Below, in pieces: positions 26,990-38,990 of a stretch of DNA of 64,000 bases. Numbering within the stretch: position 1 is the stretch's first letter; every line of letters starts with the position of its first letter. Source of the DNA: Nageia nagi. Lineage: Eukaryota; Plantae; Pinophyta. Below the pieces are notes generated by a model, which searched no databases, was not told where the DNA came from, and saw nothing but the letters and a program-made list of their open reading frames with translations. Where the stretch lies: contig JBITNC010000001.1 in assembly GCA_050084985.1 (NCBI GenBank), forward strand, positions 117,366,001 to 117,430,000, in the 5' to 3' direction. Position numbers and translations under genes: made by a program.

Positions 26990-29900
26990 ATGTCATACTT
27001 GCCTTCCATACATATGACTAAATTGTATGTCATTCTATGCCTTATACTTGCCTTCCAACTTAGGCCAGACTAAATTGTATGTCATACTTGCCTTCCAACT
27101 TAGGCCAGACTTGCCTTGCACTAGCACACTTGCCTTCTATACATATGACTAAATTGTATGTCATTCTATGCCTTATACTAACCAGAGCTTATATGAATCC
27201 ACAAGAGATCAGCTTCTGTGTTGTGCATGACCAAAGGCATCAACTAACCCATCTAATTTCATCAACTTTTCAACCAACAAACTGTGTCCACCTAGCATAG
27301 GAAATCACTCATAGTTCCACTTCTGATCTGAGTCTAATCTAGGACTTTAGTGAGTAACCATTATTCTGACTAAGGCACATTCCCAAGGTGCTTGCTCAAC
27401 CTTGGAACATCTTGAGCACACATTCCCATTAAAGGATCCAACACATGCAATTTTACACAATATGGAGACCCATTCTCCTAATATTGTCATGCCTCAAATG
27501 TGACCTTCCTAAGCCATGCCCAATCCATGAATCTTGCACCCATTCTAGTCACGTGATTGTGAGCACCATCTTTACCATTACTTGGCATATCATTTTCACT
27601 AAGGCAACCATTCCTACCATGCACGATCTATTTACCCTTTTAGCTTTTCTACTTCTAGGGTCGTGTTCATCATTGCCATGTCAATGAATCTATGGAAACA
27701 CACATAGGGTAACATTCACCAATGCTTGCTATAGCGTATTGACCTAGGAGGGAGGAGTCAAAAAGATCCACCAACTAGGCACATACAAAGGAAGGACTTA
27801 GAGATGCATTGTCTTGTTAGGAGCTTGTTGAGCAATGATCACCCCAATCCAGACCTCTAGTTCCTGTTAGCCACTATATACACAAGCATGTACACACCAT
27901 GGTGATAACATTGCTTTGGTACAATGAACCTCTATGACTATGTCTTATATAGATAGTTTACATCACTGTTTCCCTCTCGATGGATCTATGCTCACCACTT
28001 AACCACTAGCCTTCATGTTTTTGGGCTGACTAAGGGATTTATAATGATAGATCACTAAAGTAACATGTTCTTGGAAAACCAACACCTTGTTTATCAACTT
28101 GGGTAGCTCAACATCCCTGCCATGTATGTACATACCAAGCAAGTTGGTAGCACAAAACCATATTGTACAAATTGATCTAGCCACTGGGCCTTCGTACAAG
28201 ATCCGCCCAACCACATGAATATTAATCGACTCAACTAACTATTTTGCATACCACTCGACTAGAGGCACCTCAAAAGGAATTCCCATACTACCCCACATAG
28301 TACAATCCTTTATAGCCTAGTCTCAAGGCAACACTGTTAGCTCCAAGTCCATCAATAGGTTTCATCCCTTCGAACTCTTTACTAACACACCACAATAACC
28401 AGTATGGAGTATTCCATGCCACACCTAGCACTCCACTTTTTGTTTCTTTCATCGATCCTTGGACACACCCAAGTTTCCCCTAGGCACACTACCAAGTTTC
28501 CAAGACATGGAGTCTAAGCTTTCCTTACCACTAGTGGCACTTTGCTTGTAAACTCACGTGCATGACTATTACTAACCAAACCTATCTCATACCTATCTCA
28601 AGTTGTTTCATCTTAGCATCATCATTTCCATCACGATCTCCACAGAGTCAGCAAGGGTATTCCTCAAACTAGCTATGCTCATTTGACCAAGTTGGTTACA
28701 ATTTCTCCCAAACCTTTCTTGGCATCCATCGAGTTATCCATAGTTCTTCTAAGGCACCATTGTGTAAAATAAAACACATACCTACTACAAAACAAAACTA
28801 ATACTTGTTAAAGAGCTTTTAGAAGCTAGGAGGCCCTCCTCCACTTTAAATGAAGGAACAATTGGGGATCACTTAACACCTATCTGATCCATCCATGATC
28901 ATCTCAAGAGGAAATGACCTGGTCCCTAACCTCATGCTCCATGGATAAGGATAGCAACATCCTAATGGTAATGCCTAACTGACACTTGGGTACACCTAGA
29001 ACCAGCCTAGCCTACCATGGTATGAGCCCCACATGGTTTGAGTGAACCACCCCACCATAGGCATCTACTCATGGTAATCACCTCTTCAACATACACCCTT
29101 TGAGCTTTGAGACATAGATCATGATACTAAGGCTATCAACAACCCATCATGTTCATCATACCCTGGTGAGCCATGGACATACATTGGCCTACTTTGCCTC
29201 TACCACCCATCGAAACTCACCCTATCATATTATCCCCCATTTTAAATTGATGGCAACCCGACACCAGGTTAGTCAAGAAGATGCACATCCATGTGCTCCT
29301 TGTATCTAGCATACCATATTCAAGTACGTGTATAGAAGCCTTAGGGATTATTTTAGTACTATGGAATCCATATGCTAAACCTGGAAGAATGATTGACCTA
29401 CACATGAGGCATCCCAAATAATCAAGAAAGTCAAACTTCTCTAATGCCAAGGACTTAGCCTCAATCGATGATTGAAACTATCTCATAAAGCCTATTGTTC
29501 TAACTAGAAATAGCATTGGCTAACTCGAGGTTCTATGGTCACACTCTTTCCTTTTTCCACTAACCTCAGCTATCCATGTGCTATCTACTATGGTCCATTT
29601 TCTCATCCACAATCAACACCAACATTAGCTAACAAGGATCTATGAAGACATTACCTAAGGTGATAGTCTAGGCACTTCCCAACTCAATTCAAACTTGCCT
29701 CGCACTAGCATCCTTGCCTTCCATGTGAATGACTAATCTGTATGACATTCTATATCTTGCACTAACTAGAGCTTATGTGAATCCACATGGGCTTAGCCTA
29801 CATGTTGTGCATGATCAAAGGCATCAACCAACCCATCTCATTTCCTTGGCTTTTCAACCAATGGACTATGCCCATCACCTAGCATAGGAAATCACCCATG

Positions 29901-31700
29901 GTTCCACTTTTGAGCCAGGTAAACCATGTCTCTAGTGAGTAACCATTGTTCCAGCTAAGGCATGTTCCCACAATGCTTGCTCAACCTTGGAATATCTTGA
30001 GCACACAAGCCCACCAAAGGATCTGACACATGTTATTTTATACAATATGGGGATCCATTCGCCTAAGACTGTCATGCCTCAAACATGACCTACCTAAGCC
30101 ATGTCCAATCCATGAATCTAACACCCAATCTAGTCACCTAATTTTGAGCAACATCATTGCAACTACTTGGCATCTCGCTTTCACTAAGGCAACCATTCCT
30201 TCCATGCGTGATCCATTTACTCCTTTAGCTTTTCAACTTCAAGGATCCTATTCACCACTACCTTATCGATGAATCTGTAGCAACATGCACATGTTAACAT
30301 TCACTAGTGCCTGCTATAGCTCCTTGAACTAGGAGGGAGAGGTCAACAAGACCCACCAACCAAGCACACACAAAGGAAGGCCTTAAAGATGCACCATCCC
30401 ATTAGGAGCACCTTGAGCGATAATCACCCCAATCCAAAACTATGGCTCCTATTGACTGCCATACACATAGGCACATGCACACCATGGTGATAACATTACC
30501 TTGGCCCAAAAAACATATACGACTATGTCTCACATAAACTATTTATGTCACCATTGCCCTCTTGAAAGAGCTATGCTCATCACTTAGCCACTAGCCTTCA
30601 TGCATATGGGCCAACCAAGGTATTTCTAATGATTAAGCACCACACTATCATGTTCTTAGCAAACTAATTCCCTACATCCACTTAGGTAGCTCAACACCCT
30701 TGCTAGGAACTCACATACCAGGCAAGTTGGGAGCATGGAATTATCTCACACAAACCGATCTAACCATCAACCCTTTGTATGAGATCCGCCCAACCACATG
30801 ATTAGTAACTGACTTCACCAACCATTTCACACACCACTTGATTGAAGGCACCTCAAAAGGAATGCCCACACTACCTCATGGAGTACACTCCTAGGTAGCC
30901 CAGTCCAAAGGAAACATTGTTAGCTCCAAGTCCTTCAAACAAGTTTCATCCCTTCAAACTCTTTGCCAAAACACCACAACAACTGGGTTAGAGTATTCCA
31001 TGCCACACCTAGCACTCCACTCTTCCTTCCCTTTGTTGATCCTTAGACATAACCAAGTTTTCCTTAGGCACACTGCTAGGTTCCCAAGACATGGATTCAG
31101 AGCTTCCCTTACCACCAACGACACTTTGCTCATCAAATTATGCGCTCAACCATTACCAACCAAACCTATGTCATACCTATCTCAAGCCATTTCACCTTAG
31201 CATCACCATTTCCATCATGGTCTCCACCAAGTCAGCTAGGGTGTCCTTTGAACCAACTATGGTCATCCGACCAAGTCAGCCATGGTTTCTCCCAAACCTT
31301 TCCTAACATCCACTGAGTTAGCCATGGTTTGTCTATGGCACAACCACGTAGAACAAAACACATACCTAGCATGAAATAAAACTAATACATGTCAAAGAGG
31401 TTTTAGCGATGAGGAGCCCTCACCCACTTTAAACGAGAGAAGGGCTCCCAACCGTTGTAACCCAACAAAACTTACACTTGATGGTACATCCCTATCTTTG
31501 CCAAGACAAAATCCAACTTGAATTGAGTTATCTGGCTCCCTCTTATCTAAGCTTACCACAAGCCTCTACCATGCATTCCCACGATGGTCCATTTCCAAGG
31601 ACTTACCTACTACCTCTAATGTCCGAGATCCCTAGCCTTGGTCTTGCTTGGGGGGCTACACTGTTCCCACCAAGAGCTCCACCTTACCAAGACTAACCAC
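26990..31700. repeat. R2.6 array (~1.7 units) with a unique right tail containing GGGGGGCTACA
   Basis: Period ~2585 (ORF starts 27445 vs 30030). The tail 31435-31700 is unique in the window. GGGGGGCTACA at 31650-31660 resembles a Tat/Retand PPT motif or an LTR terminus. Confidence 0.85.
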
Positions 31701-32097
31701 TATTTTTCTTCAAAAGAAACTCTAATAATTCAATTTTCTTAATATTATCCATAGAGTAAAACTAAAATGGAACAAACAACAAAGAAAAGCAAAGAGCAAG
31801 ATGGTGACTTATAAAACCACTTCAAAACCAAAGAATATCACAAATATATTCGGATTTAGTTCTGCACCATCATTCAAAATGAAAGAATTATACAGCTTTG
31901 ATTTAGCAATTAAATTAATATACATATCGCTTTTTGAATTTGTTTTTGATCTACTTTTTATGATACATCCCTATATCATGCAACGGAATTGCATTTTTTG
32001 CATGTAGAGGCATTTTGATTTGCTAACAAGATGACTCTTGTTCCATATAAATCATGTCATTCAGCATGGGAGTTGAATGTTTATGTTTATATTTAGG

Positions 32098-32425
32098 CTG
32101 AGGCGTCCTCTTCCGAAAAAAAAAATTGACCTCGACACATCGATGGCTCAAATGCGAGGAGAATATTACAAGACGATATGAGCGTTAAAAATAATTTCGA
32201 CATTACTACGTTAGGTCCTTTAATCCGTTCTATGTTCAATCTATCCCTCTGAATAACTTCCCATGTCAATGGTACTACTAATATCAAGTTTTTGGTTTCA
32301 TATGGTCTATTAACAAAGGCATTAAGATTTTTCATGATTTATAATTACATTAATATCCAATCTCTAGGCTTCTAGCTATTCACTACTGTACGCTTTTTTC
32401 GAAGAGCAACGTTTTTAAACCCTAA
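32098..32425. other. CpG-rich unique patch with telobox AAACCCTAA
   Basis: About 13 CG dinucleotides in ~315 bp of a window otherwise very poor in CG. AAACCCTAA at 32417-32425. Confidence 0.55.
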
Positions 32426-33309
32426 AGGGTAGATTACCCAAATGAAATCATAATTTAATAGAACCCTTGAATATGAATAAAACCTACTTCACATGGCATT
32501 CATTTATTTCATGTATTACCAATTGATTTTTTCACACGAAACTTTTGTATCAACCACATATTTATCAAGTGAATTCAGAAAGAAATATATTTTCCCAAAG
32601 TTGTGTAGTAAAATCAAAGTGCAACAAATGTCTAAACTAGATTCAAACTATTTAACTAGGATGTATTGAGAATAGTAAAAATTAAAGTACGTTTATTTCT
32701 GACATCTTCTTCCTTTCTTTGTTTTCTTGTTTTTTATAAAATGAGTATTCTCTTTTACAAAATAGATTGTACAATTATATGTATTGAAGGCGTTTATAAT
32801 ACTCCAAAGCTACAAATACTTATATGGTTCTGTAAAAGTTTATAAGATTATTTTGATGAGTTTCACAACAAAAACGATATTATAGATTTATCATTTTGAT
32901 GCTTGTACCCATATCTTCAATTGTGGGATTGATTGCATAATTTGATCTCTACAATGTGGATGTACTATTTTTTTTGGCCAATTGATATCTTTCAAAAGTG
33001 TGCATTTGTTGCCCATATGTTATGGGTGCAGACAAAAGAGGCTTTTCAAATCAAACTATATACACACAAACATAAATAAACAAATAAATATAATAATATG
33101 TATCATGCATGGGAAATATTTTCATCCCAATTTCAATATAAGTATTTGTAAACGTACAAGATATGTGCTTGTTTTTATCATCCTATGATTTTGATGATGA
33201 GTCTTACATATTGAAACTAAAATAAAACATGTAGCCGGTTAAACAAAATTGGTTTTTCAATATGACATTCTATTTTTTTATAGTTCTTTGTATAATTCAA
33301 TCATGATTG

Positions 33310-34030
33310 ATTTGAAAGAAAGAAAAAAGAAAAAAAAGTATATTAATGTCCTCGGGTGACCCAAAAGTGGTCAATGGGACTAGAAAGTACAATCATGTAA
33401 ATGAAGCTAGCAAGTCCCTATTGGGGCCTCTAAATAAAACATAAAAGAATAAACAACTACAATCATACAAGAGAAACTTGGCCCTCCAAGAAAGGAGGGA
33501 TACAAAAACTAAGGATCCCCAGGGAATGTCACTCTAGATTGCATTGGGGTCATATGACAATACTCGCTGCTATAGGAAGAGCTTAGACATGATCACTATG
33601 AGATGTGTTTATGATACTTAGACTAGAGGAGAAGAAGGATGTGATCCAACACATCCACTAAGGATCCTCAATGCTTTATGTATGTCTCCTAGTCTGGCGT
33701 GGAGGATGTAGGTCCTCCTGATGTCTCCTACAAGCTTACTTAGGGGAAGAGGTACGAAAAAAGGACATGATGAGTCGATCCTTAAGTGGTTGTTGAGCTC
33801 GAGCTAGAAGTCATCATCGTAAGAGGAGGACCTCTCGGAAGTACAAAGCTAAACATCGCTGATCATAATAATAGATGAATGTGCTCAGAGAGTTCTGTGA
33901 GTCTCAAAAAAGGCAATAATAGCATCCTTAGATCTCATAGTAAATCAAGCATTGAAAAACAAAATAGGTCTTAAACTCAATCTCAAGAGAGCAAAGGCTA
34001 CAAACTCCATGGTCTCTATCTATATGGTGG
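33310..34030 (-). mobile_element. Possible 5'-truncated LINE / retrocopy 3' remnant
   Basis: GC-richer island. The minus strand ends in a T-rich, 3'UTR-like tract. No diagnostic protein motif or TSD found. Confidence 0.25.
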
Positions 34031-34475
34031 TCTGTCTTGAGCCTCAATTGGTGTGAACATACTCAAAATTGACCGGGATATGAGGCTTTATAAAACTGTA
34101 AGGTCTATTTCCAATGGAGCTTAATGTTGTAGCCTTTGTTACTAATGCATCATTATTATTTTGATTAACTTTCTTTGCAAAAATAGTATGGTAATTCCAT
34201 TTAAAAATTTGGTCTATGTGCCCACTTGGATTATATATTGCTATAGAGCAGCTACAAGGTTTAAAATTTTAACCATTTTCAATAGAAAATGCATTTTACG
34301 AGTTGTTGTAAATTGTAGAATTGGTACAAATATACTCTACACATTCTCCCATTTTTAAAATATAATAGAAGAAAAATAATAAGATAACATATTAAACTAT
34401 ATCTTAGTCATTTACAAGTGGTATCTATGATTAATAAATGTTCAACAATGTTCATATTTTCTTTTCTCATTATAG

Positions 34476-34512
34476 TTAGACGGGTTCATCAACATGGATT
34501 TGTCTATCTCAA
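34476..34512 (+). other. Candidate isolated 37-nt exon
   Basis: Polypyrimidine tract + TATAG acceptor (ends 34475) and GTAAGT donor at 34513. Open as LDGFINMDLSIS or RRVHQHGFVYL. Retains a CpG. Confidence 0.35.
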
Positions 34513-35031
34513 GTAAGTTTTTTCATCCCTTCAATTAAAAATATATTTTTCCTATACAATTGTTTAATTTTCTTAATTACCAATCAATAAAACCTACTGT
34601 GAACTTGTTCTTCAATAAAACCTACTGTTGGACCTAATAAACTTGGGATTTCAAATGAAATTTGATGTGGAGTAGGAATAGTATATAAAGCCTCGAGCTT
34701 GTTGAGAAAATCAAGTAATTAACTTAAAATTTAAACAAGATAATTAAAATTATGGTCAAAGTGCTATGTGTAGGAAACAATATTTACATTATCAGCTTAA
34801 TAGTGGCTATTAGGATTATATCTGAGAGCAAGACTTGAAAGATCTCTTTTTTTTTATAGTGTAAAGTAAGTTTTATAATCTATGTGTGGTAAATTAAAAT
34901 CAAAATAGTCTAAACTTAGGATGTTTAAGTAGCTTGCATTTTCAAATCCAATTGCTTATTGCTTATCATTTATTCATTGAGGTCTCATACACATTGTTAA
35001 AATCTACATTGATATGTAATCAATAAGTTAC

Positions 35032-35590
35032 TCTCTCATAGAGTTTAAGGGCATCCTTTCTATGGCCATGATTTGTATATTCTTCACTTATTGAATTTGA
35101 TGATCACAATTGCTGGAAGAATACTAAAAAACATTGAAAACTTTCCCTCTAACATTCTTCGTAAACTCTTTTAAGATTAAAGCCTTTCTCAAAGACAATG
35201 CCTATATGGGTAGGGTATGCCCTTTGCATGATGGTAAAGTCTAACTATCATATACGTTGTCATGAATTGATGAGAATGGATCCCACAACCTCCTAAAAAA
35301 TATTCAAAATATTTTACCAATGCAACAGATCAAGTAATATAGTGTAAAAGTCAAACAAAGTCAATCAAAGAAAGTGAAACACAACGTATACTAATGTCAA
35401 CTCTAGCGGAACATGATCATGCTCCTAAAGGATTTTCAGCTGGTGAGATCCCTAATATGGGCTAATGCCTTAGGTATCCAACCATGATTGAAGAGCAATA
35501 GTAATGGAGGAGTGTCCTTGTAGTAAGGGGAGGAATGAAAAAAGTGATTGCCTGAAGAAACCCCAATCCTTTCCTCTGTAGTGCCAGCTC
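35032..35590 (-). pseudogene. PPR-protein-like gene fragment
   Basis: Minus strand 35079-35032 reads YTNHGHRKDALKLYER, matching the PLS-PPR helix pattern YAQHGxGxEALxLFExM. It is preceded by GKVFN. Stops and frameshifts are present. Confidence 0.5.
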
Positions 35591-36245
35591 AGAATAAATC
35601 GAAGATAAATCTCATGCAACTTATGTTAAAATTTATGTTCCATCCACCCACAATTTTTAACAAGTGAGGAAGATTCAAAATAGTATACAGTGATAAACGA
35701 GCATGCTAACATAGATGGATTGTAAATCTATATGTTTCATTCTATATAATATCTCTAGAAATATTATCCATTATTTAACTATGGATAAGAACAAATCAAA
35801 TTGATAAATTATCTAGCTAATTTATATAGAACATGTGTACCATATTAATATACATATTATTATGAGTTTTTTAATTACTTCTATTCAAAATATTTATTTT
35901 ACAATTTTTTGAATTTTTTAAACTAGCTACTATACTCTCCAACTAATATAAATTGAAGTATAAATATTATTGTAAAGTTTGTATTTACCATATCTCTTTG
36001 TACTAATTGCAAAAGAAACCAATGTCATATGTTCTTGACTGGGATATCAAGTATAGATATTATTTTAAAGTTTTCTTTATTATATCTCTTTACATTACAG
36101 AGAAAGAGAAAAATGTATGACGCTAGTGTCTCCTTCAACAGTCTTTTAAACATAATTTAATACTTTTAATATATAAACTATTATGTCTTTTAATTACATT
36201 TAGAGTGAGGAGTTATGAAGTAGTCTCTAGAACACACAATACCTG

Positions 36246-36305
36246 GGAATTGTTCAAGACATGATACAAATAATCGGAATTGTTCAAGACATGATACAAA
36301 TAATC
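36246..36305. repeat. Perfect 30-bp tandem duplication
   Basis: GGAATTGTTCAAGACATGATACAAATAATC x2. Confidence 0.95.
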
Positions 36306-36314
36306 GTCAGCATA

Positions 36315-36341
36315 CCCATTGAACGAAGTTGCACTTGCTAG
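36315..36341 (+). terminator. Candidate Helitron 3' terminus (imperfect hairpin + CTAG|T)
   Basis: ATTGAAC-GAA-GTTGCAC, then TTG, CTAG (36338-36341) and T. It lies exactly where unique sequence rejoins block F. The hairpin-to-CTAG spacing is shorter than usual. Confidence 0.35.
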
Positions 36342-36739
36342 TAATTTATTAATGTTCACTAAAGAATAGGAGAGACAAAGACAATAGATAAAAGGAATGA
36401 ATTATAGGAATTTATTACGCAAAAACTGATTTCAAGTAATGAAATATAATAAAACGGACAGGTAAATCGAATATATGTAAAATAAAAGCTAAGCATTAAA
36501 GAGGTGGTATTTATATATATATAAAAGATAATTTGATTTAGAGTATGTATTATATTTTAAAAATATATGTTATGATATTAGATATATATATATATTTTAA
36601 CGAGCATATGAACATCTTCCTTTGTAAAATTAGTTTTTCATTCTTTTAGATTTTATTGTGTATTTATCTTTTGTTACTAGTAGAATAATAAATTAGAATT
36701 TGATATAAATATTAGTAGAATATGTTTTTTTTTTTTTCT

Positions 36740-36930
36740 ATGGGTAAAATTTCATTCATATAATTTATCCAATCATGTTGAATACCAAAATCAAGAGCAT
36801 TTTGGATAAAGGATAATATTATATAATAAAGTAATTTATTATCATAATTGTAGAAAATTCATTATCATAATTGTAGAAAATGAAACATTAAAATTCAAGT
36901 TGAATACCAAATATATATGTCAAATATAAG
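36740..36930 (+). pseudogene. Divergent RPA1/OB-fold-like pseudo-exon
   Basis: Reads G*NFIHIIYPIMLNTKIKSILDKG*YYIIK*FII...LKFKLNTKY. It is a much older paralog of block F. Confidence 0.5.
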
Positions 36931-37074
36931 TTGATTATAATGAAAGGAGTTTTCTAACTAGGAGACTTTTTTGCCCACAAACAATGTGATAGATTCTGAC
37001 AATCTCTAAAAAATTGAAAGGCATGTCTAAAATTTTTTTCTAATTTTTTTTTTCCAACATTCAAGCATACTCAC

Positions 37075-38240
37075 CAATATGAAAAAACATTGCATTAATA
37101 TGCAATGTCATAAGATAACTAGGCAACAAGATCTAGCTATCTAATAATATGATTTATTTTTTAATTTCCTATATAGGAATAGTATTTAATGTCATTACAA
37201 TACACATATATCTTCACCTCTTGTATTGCGCTCAAAACATGAGAATAGTTTGTTTCATCAAAGGTTCAACATTCTTTATTGCTGCATTGGTCTCACCAAC
37301 TCTTTGCATGGAGAAAAATTAATGGAGTATAAAATATTAACTGTATTGTCATTTTTTAAAAACATCGCGTAAATGTAATATGCATAAATGTGTAATGTCA
37401 TAAGACAACTAGGAAACAAGATAAACCTATCTAATAATATAAATTATTTTCTCATTTTCTATAATATGAACACTATTTAATGTCATTACAATACACATTT
37501 ATATGCTCACCTCTTGTATATGTATCAGACTCAAAATAAGAGAAGAATTTGTCTGACCAGAAGGTTGAACATTCCCTACCGATGCATTGGTCTCACCAAC
37601 TCTCTACATGGAGCAAAATAAATGGAGTATAAAATATTAACGACATAGTTAATTTCAAAAAATATCATATAAATATAATCTGCATAAATATGTAATTTCT
37701 TAAAACAACTAGGAAACAAGATCAAGCTATCTAATAATATGAATTGTTTTCTCATTTCCTATAATATGAATATTATTTAATATCATTACAATACACATTT
37801 ATACGATCACCTCTTGTATCAGACTCAAAATAAGAGTAGAATTTGTCTCACCTCAAGCATTCTCTATCGAAGCATTGGTCTCACCACCTCTTTTCATTGA
37901 GTAAAATAAATGGAGTATAAAATATTAATGACATTGTCAATTTCAAAAGATATCACTTACATGTAATCTGCATAAATGTGCAATGTCATAAGGCAACAAG
38001 ATCAAGCTATCTAATAATATGAATTATTTTCTCATTTCTTATACTAGGAACACTATTTAATACCATTACAATACACATTTATATGCTCACCTCATGTATC
38101 AAGATCAAAATATGAGAAGAGTTTATCTCATAGAAGGTCAAGCATTCTCTACCGATGCATTGATCTCACCATTTCTCTACATGGAGAAAAATAAATGGAG
38201 TATAAAATATTAACAATATTATCAATTTCAAAAAATATAG
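37075..38240. repeat. Tandem array, 4 x ~295 bp
   Basis: CAAGAT..GCTATCTAATAATAT...CATTACAATACACAT...GCATTGGTCTCACC...AATGGAGTATAAAATATTAA recurs from ~37092, 37382, 37682 and 37970. Confidence 0.93.
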
Positions 38241-38269
38241 CAATACTGAAGAAAAATACAAATAAGAAT

Positions 38270-38990
38270 CACAATCTCACCTCCTAATGTGGGGGACTTT
38301 TTAACGATGCATTTTTATTGCTAATTTTTCTCCCTTCTTTAGCATTGGTATCTCCATAATCAAAGATTTCATATTCAGATATATCAATATATATGAAATA
38401 TTTGAATCGTATGATAGATGGTTCTCTGAATTCTTCTATATCCTCCAATTATATAAGTAAGGGTGCATCCTAAATAAGGAAAATATACATTAATGCACTA
38501 GATATGAAAATAACTACAAAAATCTAACTAGCAAAAAATAATACATGTACCTTTATGTGTTCAATTATCAAATGTAGCCTCCAACAAGCTTCTCTCTTTT
38601 TATGTGTAACAATATTTTCCTACGCTTTCATTGATAGGTATAATTATGAAGTCACCTTCTCCTTGGTCATAGCAACCTTCACCAATTTGTTTCATTTAGA
38701 GTTATAATTATTGAAAAATACATTTTCATGCTTCTTTTTTCTTTTCAAGTATTTTGTTCAGTTATATGTTGATGGTCTTAAAGTTGTTGTTACTTCCTAT
38801 CTACCCCTTTTCAATTCTAATATAGGTGGTAAACCTTGTTGTCGGTCCCTCCTATGGTTATTAAAGATCATACTCGACCAAATTGGCAAATATGGATAAA
38901 AATGATATCTATCAATCTCATAATGGTATCTAAACTTGCCAATCCTCTTGGTAGTATTCTATTTTCCTTGTACGACATGTGCATAATCAG
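38270..38990 (-). pseudogene. Decayed spliced gene of unknown family
   Basis: GT-AG intron at 38550-38470 (AAG|GTACAT ... TTATTTAG|GAT). Flanking frames read KQIGEGCYDQGEGDFIIIPINESVGKY, LEDIEEFREPSIIRFKYF and RIGKFRYHYEIDRYHFYPYLPIWS...GLPPILELKRG, with few stops. Confidence 0.4.
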
